Assembly (NCBI GenBank): GCA_964350535.1
Contig: CAYGLH010000001.1
Coordinates: forward strand, 1-61,792
Direction: 5' to 3'
Length of the DNA stretch: 61,792 nt
Source: an uncultured Ilumatobacteraceae bacterium
GTDB taxonomy: Bacteria > Actinomycetota > Acidimicrobiia > Acidimicrobiales > Ilumatobacteraceae
Positions 45,611 to 53,825 of the stretch are shown here, in pieces (positions within the stretch are counted from its first letter, which is position 1; the number at the start of each line of letters is the position of its first letter). A program made the translations under genes and the position numbers. Under the pieces are notes generated by a model. That model saw only the letters and a program-made list of their open reading frames with translations, had not been told where the DNA came from and made no database searches.

Positions 45611-46776
45611 CGACCGAAGTACGGCCGAGTGGTCGAATCGTCCATCTCCGGCGGCTCGTCGGGATCCGGGCGCGCACCGTGGTCGAACAGCACCTGCACC
45701 GCCTCGGGCACCAGACCGAAGATGTGGTCCTCCATCGCGGAGTCGCCGTCGAACACGAGGCCGGCGGCGAGGTCCTGGCCGATGCAGGCGTGCATCCCCG
45801 AGCCGAACGACAGCCCGTACGCGGGGACGCCGTCGGGCAGCTCGCGCGTCGGGTCGAACGACTCGGCAGTGGTGCCGAACACCTCGGTGTCGCGGTTGAC
45901 CGACAGCAGGTCGATCACGACCTTGGCACCCTTGGGGATGTGGCGCCCGGTCTTCAGGTCGATGTCGTCGAGCGCCCACCGCATGGCCACGGGTGACGAC
46001 GGCTGCAGGCGCACCGTCTCGTGCGTGCACCGCTGCACGAACAGTCGGTCGGTGCGCACCAGGTCGGCGTCGTCCGGATGCTGGGCGAGCCACGTGAAGA
46101 TGTTGTGGGCGACGCGGGTGAAGGCGGTGGCCGACGTGTGCGCGCCGGCGAGCAGGTAGAAGGCCACCTCGCGCACGACCACGTCGTGGGGCAGGTGCAG
46201 CGCGTCCTCGTTGGCGAGCAGGATGGACAGGACGTCCTTGGGCGGCGCCTCACCGCGATCGAGCATCGCCTGGCGTCGCTGCATCGACGGGGTGACGAAC
46301 TCGTCGTCGAAGGCAGAGAGCTTCGCAGCGATCTCGTCGCGCTTTGCTTCCCGGTCGCCCGTGTAGTGCGCCAGGGTGGCTCCCTCGATGAAGCGCATCA
46401 GGTAGTCGTACAGGTGGCGGGTCTCGTCGGGCGTGCCCAGCGGCCGATCGACGCCGGCCGTCAACGCCGCCAGGTTCATCATCATCCGGTGACCCAGGTC
46501 GACGAGCTCCGAGCGGCCCGCGGCGAGGTCGGGCGCCAACGTGGCCTCGATGATGGGCGGGAACAGCTCGCGTTCGTAGAGCTCGAACGTCTCGCGCCGG
46601 AACAACCGGTTCTCCAGACGGCGCCGATCGCGGTGCTCGCCCGCATGGAGGTTGACGAGCACGTCGGCCATCACGACCTCGCCGGCGTCGTAGAGCGCCT
46701 GACGCAGGTCCTTCTGGCGGTAGGTCTCTTTCGCTTCGGCGTAGTCGGTGATGGTGATCACCTCTGGTTCGCTCAT
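45586..46776 (-). CDS. Cytochrome P450 (paralogue A)
   Basis: I-helix LLAGAHTSA, ExxR HETVRL, heme loop FGSGMHACIG. 396 aa. ATG at 46776. Confidence 0.9.
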   Translation of the reverse strand: MSEPEVITITDYAEAKETYRQKDLRQALYDAGEVVMADVLVNLHAGEHRDRRRLENRLFRRETFELYERELFPPIIEATLAPDLAAGRSELVDLGHRMMMNLAALTAGVDRPLGTPDETRHLYDYLMRFIEGATLAHYTGDREAKRDEIAAKLSAFDDEFVTPSMQRRQAMLDRGEAPPKDVLSILLANEDALHLPHDVVVREVAFYLLAGAHTSATAFTRVAHNIFTWLAQHPDDADLVRTDRLFVQRCTHETVRLQPSSPVAMRWALDDIDLKTGRHIPKGAKVVIDLLSVNRDTEVFGTTAESFDPTRELPDGVPAYGLSFGSGMHACIGQDLAAGLVFDGDSAMEDHIFGLVPEAVQVLFDHGARPDPDEPPEMDDSTTRPYFGRYPVVFGS

Positions 46777-47600
46777 CCGGGTCCCCTCTCCGAATCTCCG
46801 TGGTTGGTGTCGTCGTCGACGTGCGGCGGGCGGGCTTCGTTGGTGACGCCGAGTCCCAACCCTCCGTCGACGGTCAGCACGTTGCCCGTCACCCACTCCG
46901 CCCGGGCGACGTAGTCGACGGCCTCGGCGATCTCCTCGACCGTGCCCAGCCGCCCGAGGGCGTGCGCCGGTGCGAGCGCCTCGAGGCGGGCCAGCGCCGC
47001 CGCGTCGTCGGCGAACAGCCCCGCCCGCTGGTTGAGCTCGGTGAACACACCGCCGGGGCGGACGCACGAGACGCGCACACCGGTCGGGCCGAGCTCCGCG
47101 GCGAGCACGCCCGTCAAGGTCTCGAGCGCACCTTTCGTGGCGGCGTACGGACTGGCACCGGGGAAGGCCCGCTGGGAGTGGGTCGACCCGATGAACACGA
47201 TCGCTCCCGACGTCGCTCGCAGGTGCGGCAGCGCGGACTGCGCGAGCATCATCCCGGCGATCACGTTGGAGTGGAAGACGGCGATCAGCTGCTGCTCGTC
47301 GAGCCCGGCGAGCGGTCCGCGATACATGTTCCCGGCGTTGTTGACGAGCACGTCGAGACGGCCGCCGTGCTCGACGGCGGTGTCGATCATCCGGCTCCGA
47401 TCGTCGGCGACGGTGACATCACCAGCGACCGCACGACCGCGCCCTCCGAGCGTGGACGCCACCGCTTCGATCCGGTCGGCCCGACGTCCCGACACCGTCA
47501 CCATCGCGCCGTTCCCCGCCATGTAGCGGGCGATGCCCTCGCCGATCCCCGAGCCGCCGCCGGTGACCAGAACGGACATCCCCTCGATCGGACGCATCAC
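46773..47600 (-). CDS. SDR-family oxidoreductase
   Basis: VTGGGSGIG, NNAG, YAATK (YxxxK). The stop overlaps the P450 start (ATGA at 46773-46776). Confidence 0.9.
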   Translation of the reverse strand: MMRPIEGMSVLVTGGGSGIGEGIARYMAGNGAMVTVSGRRADRIEAVASTLGGRGRAVAGDVTVADDRSRMIDTAVEHGGRLDVLVNNAGNMYRGPLAGLDEQQLIAVFHSNVIAGMMLAQSALPHLRATSGAIVFIGSTHSQRAFPGASPYAATKGALETLTGVLAAELGPTGVRVSCVRPGGVFTELNQRAGLFADDAAALARLEALAPAHALGRLGTVEEIAEAVDYVARAEWVTGNVLTVDGGLGLGVTNEARPPHVDDDTNHGDSERGPG

Positions 47601-48349
47601 CGATCGTCCTCGACAACCGTCGGGGGTTGGACCGCGCCAGCTCGATCTGGGCCGTCGGCCAGGACCCAGTCGATGGCGTTGAGGATCACGCGCCGGTGGC
47701 CCGGATCACGGATCGACTCAGCGTCGTGCCCGAACCCGTCGAAGACGACGCGACCTGCGCCGTACCGATGGGCCCACAGCACGGGCTGTTCGGCGTCGTC
47801 GTCGTGGCGACGGGCGGTGGCGAGCACGACGAGACCGGGTCGGAGGTCGAGGTCGCCGTACACCTCGTCGACCAGCTCGAGATGCGCCGGCACGCCCGCG
47901 GTGACCGGGTGGTCGGCGACGACCTCGGCGCGCACCGGTCCGGCAGGTGGATGTGCCGACACACCCCAGTGCCACCCGCCGCCGACGATGTCGCCCCAGC
48001 CGGGCCAATCGTCGAAGCAGATCGGGGTGGTGTGCATCGCGACGAGCCCGCCACCGCGTTCGACGAACCCGGCAAGGGCGTCCCTCGTCGCCGTCGGTGC
48101 GGTGTATCCCCAGTCGTCGCGCCAGGTGGCGTACGCATCGCCGAGCATGCGCCAGAACAGCGCGTCGACCAGCAATGCGTCGATGGGCGGTCCGGTGTCC
48201 GTCAGGCGTTCGGCCGCTGCGTCGGGGTGGTCCGTGCGCTCGACGACGTACCCGTCGGCGGCCGCCACCTCGGACAGCGCGTCGCCGATGGCGTCGAAAT
48301 CGTGGGCGTGCGGTGACCCGCCCGTCAGCACGAGGATCCGACCTGCCAT
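47597..48349 (-). CDS. ThuA-domain protein (trehalose-utilisation-like, class-I glutamine-amidotransferase-like fold)
   Basis: MAGRILVLTGGSPHAHDF.., ..GGGLVAMHTT.., ..HPVTAGVP.., ..VLWAHRYGAGRVVFDGFGH.. fit the ThuA pattern. Confidence 0.8.
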   Translation of the reverse strand: MAGRILVLTGGSPHAHDFDAIGDALSEVAAADGYVVERTDHPDAAAERLTDTGPPIDALLVDALFWRMLGDAYATWRDDWGYTAPTATRDALAGFVERGGGLVAMHTTPICFDDWPGWGDIVGGGWHWGVSAHPPAGPVRAEVVADHPVTAGVPAHLELVDEVYGDLDLRPGLVVLATARRHDDDAEQPVLWAHRYGAGRVVFDGFGHDAESIRDPGHRRVILNAIDWVLADGPDRAGAVQPPTVVEDDR

Positions 48350-48359
48350 CGACCGACCC

Positions 48360-49133
48360 TCAGTTGTGCCCGACGGAATCGACCGACTGGGGACGTGGCA
48401 GGTGGGCGATCACCGAACCGGTGACCCCGCCGTCGACGACGATGTTCTGCCCGTGGACGTATGCCGCGTCATCCGAGGCGAGGTACCGGACGGTCGCCGC
48501 GATGTCGTCGACGGTGCCGAGGCGCCCCAACGGCACCTTCGACTGGCGGGCTTCGCGGGTGGCCGGATCAGCGTAGATCTCGGTGGACATGCCGCCGTCG
48601 ATCAACCCCGGCGCGACGGCGTTGACGCGGATCCCGTGCGGTCCCCACTCGATCGCCATCTGCGAGGTGAGGAGTGCGATCGCGGCCTTCGACGGCCCGT
48701 ACGCACCGGCGTTCGGCCCCGCGACGACCCCGTTCATCGAGGTGACGTTGACGATCACCCCGCGTCGGCCTTCGGCGATCCATCGGCGCGCCGCCGTCCG
48801 GGCGACGATGAACGTGCCGACCAGGTTGACGTCGAGCACGCGACGGAAGTCGTCGGTGGCGAGGTCGGCGAGCGGACCGAAGCGGACGATGCCGGCGTTG
48901 TTCACGACCACGTCGGGCGTCCCGAACTCGGCGAACACCTCCTCGACCGCCTTCTCGTCGTCGACCGACGCGACGAAGCCGGTGATGTCGGCGCCGGGCG
49001 GGATCTCCGACGGAGCGTGCACGTCGAGCACGCCCACCCGGTGATCGCGGGCGGCGTTCACGGCGATCGCCGCGCCGAGCCCCGACGCGCCCCCGGTGAC
49101 GAGCATCGAGCGTGCCCCTGGATCGGTCCCCAT
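48360..49133 (-). CDS. SDR-family oxidoreductase
   Basis: VTGGASGLG, NNAG, YGPSK. ATG at 49133 was chosen within track ORF 48360..49199. Confidence 0.9.
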   Translation of the reverse strand: MGTDPGARSMLVTGGASGLGAAIAVNAARDHRVGVLDVHAPSEIPPGADITGFVASVDDEKAVEEVFAEFGTPDVVVNNAGIVRFGPLADLATDDFRRVLDVNLVGTFIVARTAARRWIAEGRRGVIVNVTSMNGVVAGPNAGAYGPSKAAIALLTSQMAIEWGPHGIRVNAVAPGLIDGGMSTEIYADPATREARQSKVPLGRLGTVDDIAATVRYLASDDAAYVHGQNIVVDGGVTGSVIAHLPRPQSVDSVGHN

Positions 49134-49168
49134 CGACGACCTACTGTAGCCGCCGGGAACGATCCGTA

Positions 49169-50380
49169 GTGAGGGAACTAACGACGTACGCCGCAGCACG
49201 GGAGGCCTTTCGCACGCGCGTCCTCCGCCAGGCGCTCTACGACGAGGGTCGGGCGCTGATGCACGGGGTGATCGTCAACCTCCACGGCGACGATCACCTC
49301 GCTCGCCGGCGACTGGAGAACCGGCTGTTCCGGCGGGACACGTTCTCGTGGTACGAGCGGGTGCGGATCCCGGCGATCATCGACGACGTGCTCGCCGCGC
49401 CGGTAGCGGCCGGCGGTGGCGACGTGCTGCCACTCGCCCGGCGCACGATGATGGCCCTCTCGCTCGACGTCGCCGGTGTCGACCTTCCGACCGGGAGCGA
49501 GCGCGACACCGCCTTCGAGCGCCTGTACGGCCTGATGGCCCGCTTGGCCACGGCGTCGACGGTCGCCCATGCCACCGGCGGGAAGGCGCAGATCATCGCC
49601 GACGGTGACGCCGCGTTGGCGGCGTTCGCCTCCGAGTTCTTCGAACCGTCGCGGGCTCGACGGGCGGCGCTGGTCGCCGACGTCGAGAGCGGCCGACTCG
49701 ACGACGCCGAGCTCCCGCGCGACGTGTTGACGACGTTGTTGCGCAACCACGACCGGTTGCACCTCCCCGACGAGGTCGTGCTGCGCGAGATCGCCTACTT
49801 CCCGTGGGTGGGCTCGCACTCCACGTCGGCCGAACTGGTGCACGCGATGCACCACATCTTCACGTGGCTCGACGAGCGCCCCGACGATCGGCAGGCGCTC
49901 GTCGATGATCCGCAGGTGCGCCAGCGGTTCGTGCACGAGTCGTTGCGCCTCCACCCGGCGAGCCCTGTCGCGCTGCGCATCGCGACCGAGGAGGTGCTGC
50001 TCAAGTCCGGTGAGCGCATCGCTGCCGACGAGGTCGTCGCGATCAGCGTCGAGTCCGCCAACCGTGATCCGCTCGCCGTCGGGGTTCGACCGGCCGAGTT
50101 CGATCCGTACCGCGAGCGCGCCGACGGCGTCGCGCCGTGGGGACTGAGCTTCGGCCACGGCATGCACGCATGCCTCGGCCAGGAGCTCGCCGGCGGCCTC
50201 GACCCCGTCGACGGTCTCGACCACCACCTGCTCGGGGCGATCACGGTGATGGCGGGTGCGTTGCTCGCCGCCGGCGCCCGGCCCGACCCGGACGATCCTC
50301 CCGCGCTCGACCCGACCACGACCCGCCAGATGTGGGGCAGGTACCCCGTGCTGTTCGGGTCGTCGGGTCGGTTCAGGTAG
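49169..50380 (+). CDS. Cytochrome P450 (paralogue B)
   Basis: ExxR HESLRL, heme loop FGHGMHACLG. It is collinear with paralogue A from ..LRQALYD.. to ..GRYPVLFGS. GTG 49169 was chosen by N-terminal alignment with paralogue A; the track ORF opens at 49112. Confidence 0.88.
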   Translation: MRELTTYAAAREAFRTRVLRQALYDEGRALMHGVIVNLHGDDHLARRRLENRLFRRDTFSWYERVRIPAIIDDVLAAPVAAGGGDVLPLARRTMMALSLDVAGVDLPTGSERDTAFERLYGLMARLATASTVAHATGGKAQIIADGDAALAAFASEFFEPSRARRAALVADVESGRLDDAELPRDVLTTLLRNHDRLHLPDEVVLREIAYFPWVGSHSTSAELVHAMHHIFTWLDERPDDRQALVDDPQVRQRFVHESLRLHPASPVALRIATEEVLLKSGERIAADEVVAISVESANRDPLAVGVRPAEFDPYRERADGVAPWGLSFGHGMHACLGQELAGGLDPVDGLDHHLLGAITVMAGALLAAGARPDPDDPPALDPTTTRQMWGRYPVLFGSSGRFR

Positions 50381-50445
50381 CCGGGCGTCGAGAAGTTTTT
50401 CGCAACGCGGGTTTGCCCCTCAGCGGGCCGGGGTATCTCCCGTCC

Positions 50446-50601
50446 ATGCTGATACTCGGATTGATCCTCATCGTCATCGGGGCCGTCGTCGGAATTCCCG
50501 TGCTGTACACGATCGGCATCATCCTCGCGGTGATCGGTCTGATCTTCTGGATCCTCGGCGCCACGGGCCATGCGATCGGCGGCCGACGACATTACTGGTG
50601 A
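50446..50601 (+). CDS. Small hydrophobic membrane protein (51 aa)
   Basis: MLILGLILIVIGAVVGIPVLYTIGIILAVIGLIFWILGATGHAIGGRRHYW has two TM helices and a basic tail. Proteins with a similar look are common in actinobacteria, but I cannot name the family. Confidence 0.5.
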   Translation: MLILGLILIVIGAVVGIPVLYTIGIILAVIGLIFWILGATGHAIGGRRHYW

Positions 50602-50685
50602 CGACCGTGCCGGTGACGTGACCCCCGTGCATGAGTGCATGCCCTGATCACGTCCTGACCCATCCCCCCAAGATCCCCCCACATC

Positions 50686-50718
50686 GGGCCGCAGCCGATC
50701 CACCCCCGGCTGCGGCCC
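50686..50718. terminator. Perfect 12-bp stem-loop GGGCCGCAGCCG-(9 nt)-CGGCTGCGGCCC; candidate U-tail-less terminator or operator
   Basis: The arms 50686-50697 and 50707-50718 are exact reverse complements, with loop atccacccc. It lies 85 nt after the small membrane gene and about 80-90 nt before the TrmB-type regulator coding region. No T-run follows. Confidence 0.35.
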
Positions 50719-50794
50719 GGCCGCGTCCCGGGGCGGTGATGGCGTCAGCACTAGCCTCACCGCGATCGATACCACGGCGACCGACCCGCTCGAC

Positions 50795-51613
50795 CTGCTG
50801 AAGTCCGCAGGCCTCTCCGGCTACGAAGCGAAGGCGTACCTCGCCCTCCTCGCCGGCGGCGCGCCGATGAACGGCTACGAGGTCGCCAAACAGTCGGGGG
50901 TGCCGCGCTCGACCGTGTACGAGACGTTGGGCAAGCTGGTCGCCCGCGGCGCCGCGTTCGAGGTCCGGTCTGACGACACCAACCGCTCCTACGTGCCCCT
51001 GCCGCCCGACGCGCTGATCGGCAGGCTGCGGCGCGAGGCGCACGACACGATCGCCGGCCTCGAGGTCGCCCTGCCGAAGATCGCGGCCGCGACCTCTGCT
51101 CGCGTCGTGCAACACGTCAGCGGGAGCGGCGACGTCACCCGGCGCGGCATCGACGTCGTCGAGAGCGCTCGACGGACGCTATGGCTGTCGGTTTGGCCAC
51201 AGGAATCGGCCGACTTCGTCCCGTCGGTGGACGCCGCGATCCAGCGCGGTGTCGACGTGTTCACGATCGCCTACGGCGACGTCTCGCCACTCGGCGGTCG
51301 CGTGTTCACCCACTCCTACAGTCCGCCCGAGGTCGTGTTCGAACGGCTTCGGACGCGCATCTCGATCGTCGTCGCCGACCACGACCAAGCGATGATCGCC
51401 GGCGCGGTGGGCGAGGAGGTGTGGGGGATGTGGAGCGACGACCCGGCGGTCGCGCTGCTCGCCGCAGAGCACGTCCGCCACGACATCGCGCTCCAGCTCA
51501 CGGCCGAGCACCTCGACGACTCAGGCCTCCACGACTTCTGGGCGACGAGCCCCGAGCTCGAGGCCCTGCGCGATGCGTCGGCGGCCGCGGTCGACGCCAA
51601 CCGCCCCCGATGA
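50795..51613 (+). CDS. TrmB-family (sugar-responsive type) transcriptional regulator; start codon unresolved
   Basis: In-frame translation upstream of the first canonical start (ATG 50867) reads ..DLLKSAGLSGYEAKAYLALLAGGAPMNGYEVAKQSGVPRSTVYETLGKLVARGAAFEV. That is the complete TrmB winged-helix N-terminus. Hence the gene must begin near CTG 50795/50798; the minimal canonical ORF is 50867..51613. Confidence 0.75.
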   Translation: MLKSAGLSGYEAKAYLALLAGGAPMNGYEVAKQSGVPRSTVYETLGKLVARGAAFEVRSDDTNRSYVPLPPDALIGRLRREAHDTIAGLEVALPKIAAATSARVVQHVSGSGDVTRRGIDVVESARRTLWLSVWPQESADFVPSVDAAIQRGVDVFTIAYGDVSPLGGRVFTHSYSPPEVVFERLRTRISIVVADHDQAMIAGAVGEEVWGMWSDDPAVALLAAEHVRHDIALQLTAEHLDDSGLHDFWATSPELEALRDASAAAVDANRPR

Positions 51614-52350
51614 CCGCCGCCCGCGTCGCAGCGGACCTGATCGCCGCGATCGAGTCGCGCGACCTCCGCGCCATCGAGCGCCGCATCACGAGCGCGTGCA
51701 CGTGGCAGAACGTGCCGGAGGAGCCGGTGGTCGGGTCCGACGCCGTACTGGCGATGCTGGGCGGGATCCTCGGATGGTCGGACGAGGTGCGGTGGGACGT
51801 GGTGAGCAGCGCCGAGCGCGCGGGTGCGGTGCATCTCGAACGGATCGATCGGTTCTGGCTCGACGGCGAGGAGTGCGCCGTGTCGTGCCACGGCGTGTTC
51901 GAGATCGATGCGGCGACCGAGCGTGTGGCGTCGGTGCGGGACTACGTCGATCTCGCCGCGTGGCGGGCGCGGGTCGGGCCCGTCTACCGCCGGCTCGCGG
52001 CGCGCCCGGCGGTCGACGTGGTGCGCCGGCACCTCGATGCGGTGCGACGCGGCGACGTCGTGGGGATGGTCGCCGACTACGCCCTCGACGCGGTGCTCAC
52101 GCGCGGCGGCGACGTGCACGCCGGCTGGCGGGCACTCGGCGACTACTTCGGGTCGGTTCCGTCACGCCTCGGCGGGGGCGAGGTCAGGTTCGGTCGGGTC
52201 GAAGGTGACGTGACGTCGCCCTGGTCGGCCACCGTTCGCTGGGAGGTGGTGGGTGAGGGCCGGCTCCGGGCCGCCGGGCGTGACCGGTTCGACGTCCGCG
52301 ACGGCCGGATCACCGCGCAGGAGGTGGCGCTCGACGGGCAAGACTTCTGA
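51610..52350 (+). CDS. Two-domain NTF2-like protein (limonene-epoxide-hydrolase-like plus SnoaL-like)
   Basis: ATGA overlap at 51610-51613. The first half, ..WQNVP...HLERIDRF...VRDYVDL.., resembles the LEH/NTF2 fold. The second half, ..VVRRHLDAVRRGDVVGMVADYA.., resembles SnoaL-like. Confidence 0.7.
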   Translation: MTAARVAADLIAAIESRDLRAIERRITSACTWQNVPEEPVVGSDAVLAMLGGILGWSDEVRWDVVSSAERAGAVHLERIDRFWLDGEECAVSCHGVFEIDAATERVASVRDYVDLAAWRARVGPVYRRLAARPAVDVVRRHLDAVRRGDVVGMVADYALDAVLTRGGDVHAGWRALGDYFGSVPSRLGGGEVRFGRVEGDVTSPWSATVRWEVVGEGRLRAAGRDRFDVRDGRITAQEVALDGQDF

Positions 52351-52457
52351 CCGACTCGACGATGCGTCGTCAGGCGTCTAGCGACCCCGTGGCCGTCGCG
52401 GCTACATTGTCGCTCAGCGGGGCAAGGTCCCCGTCCGAGGGAACAACAGGGGGATCC

Positions 52458-53798
52458 ATGCGAACCACTTCACGATCGACCGTGCGCCGTCTCGTCGCGG
52501 CCGTCGCAGCATGCGGCCTGCTCGTCGCAGCCTGCGGCGATGACGACGATGACGACGGTGCCGACGACACTGCGGCAGCCGCGACCGACGCGGCGACCGA
52601 GGACGACACGGCCGCCACCGGCGACACGCCCGACACCGAGCCGATGGATGACGCGGCTGACGACACCACCGCCGAGACCGAGCCGATGGACGACGGCGAT
52701 GCCGCCGAGGACACCACGGCGGAGACCGAGCCGATGGACGACGGCGATGCCGCCGGCGGCGACGCGCAGTCACGGGTCGACGCCTTCCGCGAGCCGGTGA
52801 CGGAGCTCCCCGTGAGCGAGTCGGTCGCCGTCGAGCCCGGCGTCAAGGTCTTCTACGTGCAGTGCAGCGTGCCGGTCTGCGCCGAGATCGCCATCGGGCT
52901 CGAGTCGGCCGCCGCCGCCGCCGGCTGGGAGTACGAGACGGCGTCGCACCAGGACACACCCGACACGGTCGCCACGGCGTTCGACACGGCGATCGCCGCC
53001 CAGCCCGACGTGGTGCTCACCAGCGGGAACCCGCGCGAGTGGTTCGCGCCACAGTTGGCGACCCTCTCGGAGCAGGGCATCCCCGTCGTGTCATGGTCGA
53101 TGCCCGAGGGGTACGAGCCGGGCGACGGCGTGTCGGTCAACCTGCTCACCAACGACGACTACTACTTCTACGGCGTGTTGATGGCCGACTATGCCGCGGT
53201 CACCAGTGAGACCGGCGAGATCCTCTTCGTCGGATTGCCGACCTTCCCGGTGCTCTCCACGGTGCAGGAGGGCTTCGAGACCGAGATCGCCGAGGCGTGC
53301 CCGTCGTGCTCGGTCGAGACGATCGAGGTCGCGGTCACCGACATCGGCACGAACCTGCCGACCACGGTGGTGTCCGCTCTGCAGTCCAACCCCGACATCG
53401 ACATGGTGGTCTACGCCTTCGGCGGGATGCTCTTCGGCGTGCCCGAGGCGATCGATGCGGCGGACCTCGGCGATCAGGCCGTGGCGATCTCGCAGGCCGG
53501 GGGCCCGTTGAACTTCGCCTTCATCGAGCAGGGCCAGCACCAGGTCGCCGAGGTGGCGATCGCGTCCGAGCTGCTCGGCTGGCGGGCCATCGACGCAGCC
53601 GCCCGCATCCTGGCCGGCGACGGGCCGGGCACGGCGGAGACCCCCGCCGCAGCGGTCATCGACGGCCACCCGGACATCCTCGTGAGCGGCATGCCGCTGC
53701 AGATCCTCGAGGCCGACTCGATGCACGACGACCCGAGCGCGCTGTGGCCCGGCGTCGATGGCTTCCAGGACCAGTTCATCGCCCTCTGGGGGCTGTGA
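52458..53798 (+). CDS. Sugar-type (CUT2, Peripla_BP_4-like) ABC transporter substrate-binding lipoprotein with long acidic linker
   Basis: AGGGGGA at 52448-52454 precedes ATG 52458. Lipobox LVAAC. After an acidic linker of about 100 aa comes an RbsB-like two-lobe domain (..VKVFYVQ.., ..DVVLTSG.., ..IPVVSW.., ..MVVYAFGG..). Confidence 0.85.
   Translation: MRTTSRSTVRRLVAAVAACGLLVAACGDDDDDDGADDTAAAATDAATEDDTAATGDTPDTEPMDDAADDTTAETEPMDDGDAAEDTTAETEPMDDGDAAGGDAQSRVDAFREPVTELPVSESVAVEPGVKVFYVQCSVPVCAEIAIGLESAAAAAGWEYETASHQDTPDTVATAFDTAIAAQPDVVLTSGNPREWFAPQLATLSEQGIPVVSWSMPEGYEPGDGVSVNLLTNDDYYFYGVLMADYAAVTSETGEILFVGLPTFPVLSTVQEGFETEIAEACPSCSVETIEVAVTDIGTNLPTTVVSALQSNPDIDMVVYAFGGMLFGVPEAIDAADLGDQAVAISQAGGPLNFAFIEQGQHQVAEVAIASELLGWRAIDAAARILAGDGPGTAETPAAAVIDGHPDILVSGMPLQILEADSMHDDPSALWPGVDGFQDQFIALWGL
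52623..52757 (+). repeat. In-frame tandem repeat, two full 48-nt units plus one degenerate 39-nt copy, inside the SBP linker
   Basis: Units 52662-52709 and 52710-52757 differ at 4 of 48 nt (DTTAETEPMDDGDAAE / DTTAETEPMDDGDAAG). The degenerate copy at 52623-52661 encodes DTPDTEPMDDAAD. Confidence 0.85.
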
Positions 53799-53825
53799 CC
53801 GCCGACGCGCCGCCGACCTGACCCG

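Noticed and set aside
50390-50400. T5 run (50396-50400) after the P450-B stop as an intrinsic terminator
   Set aside because: I could not find a stable GC stem immediately upstream of the T-tract, so the call is not supportable.
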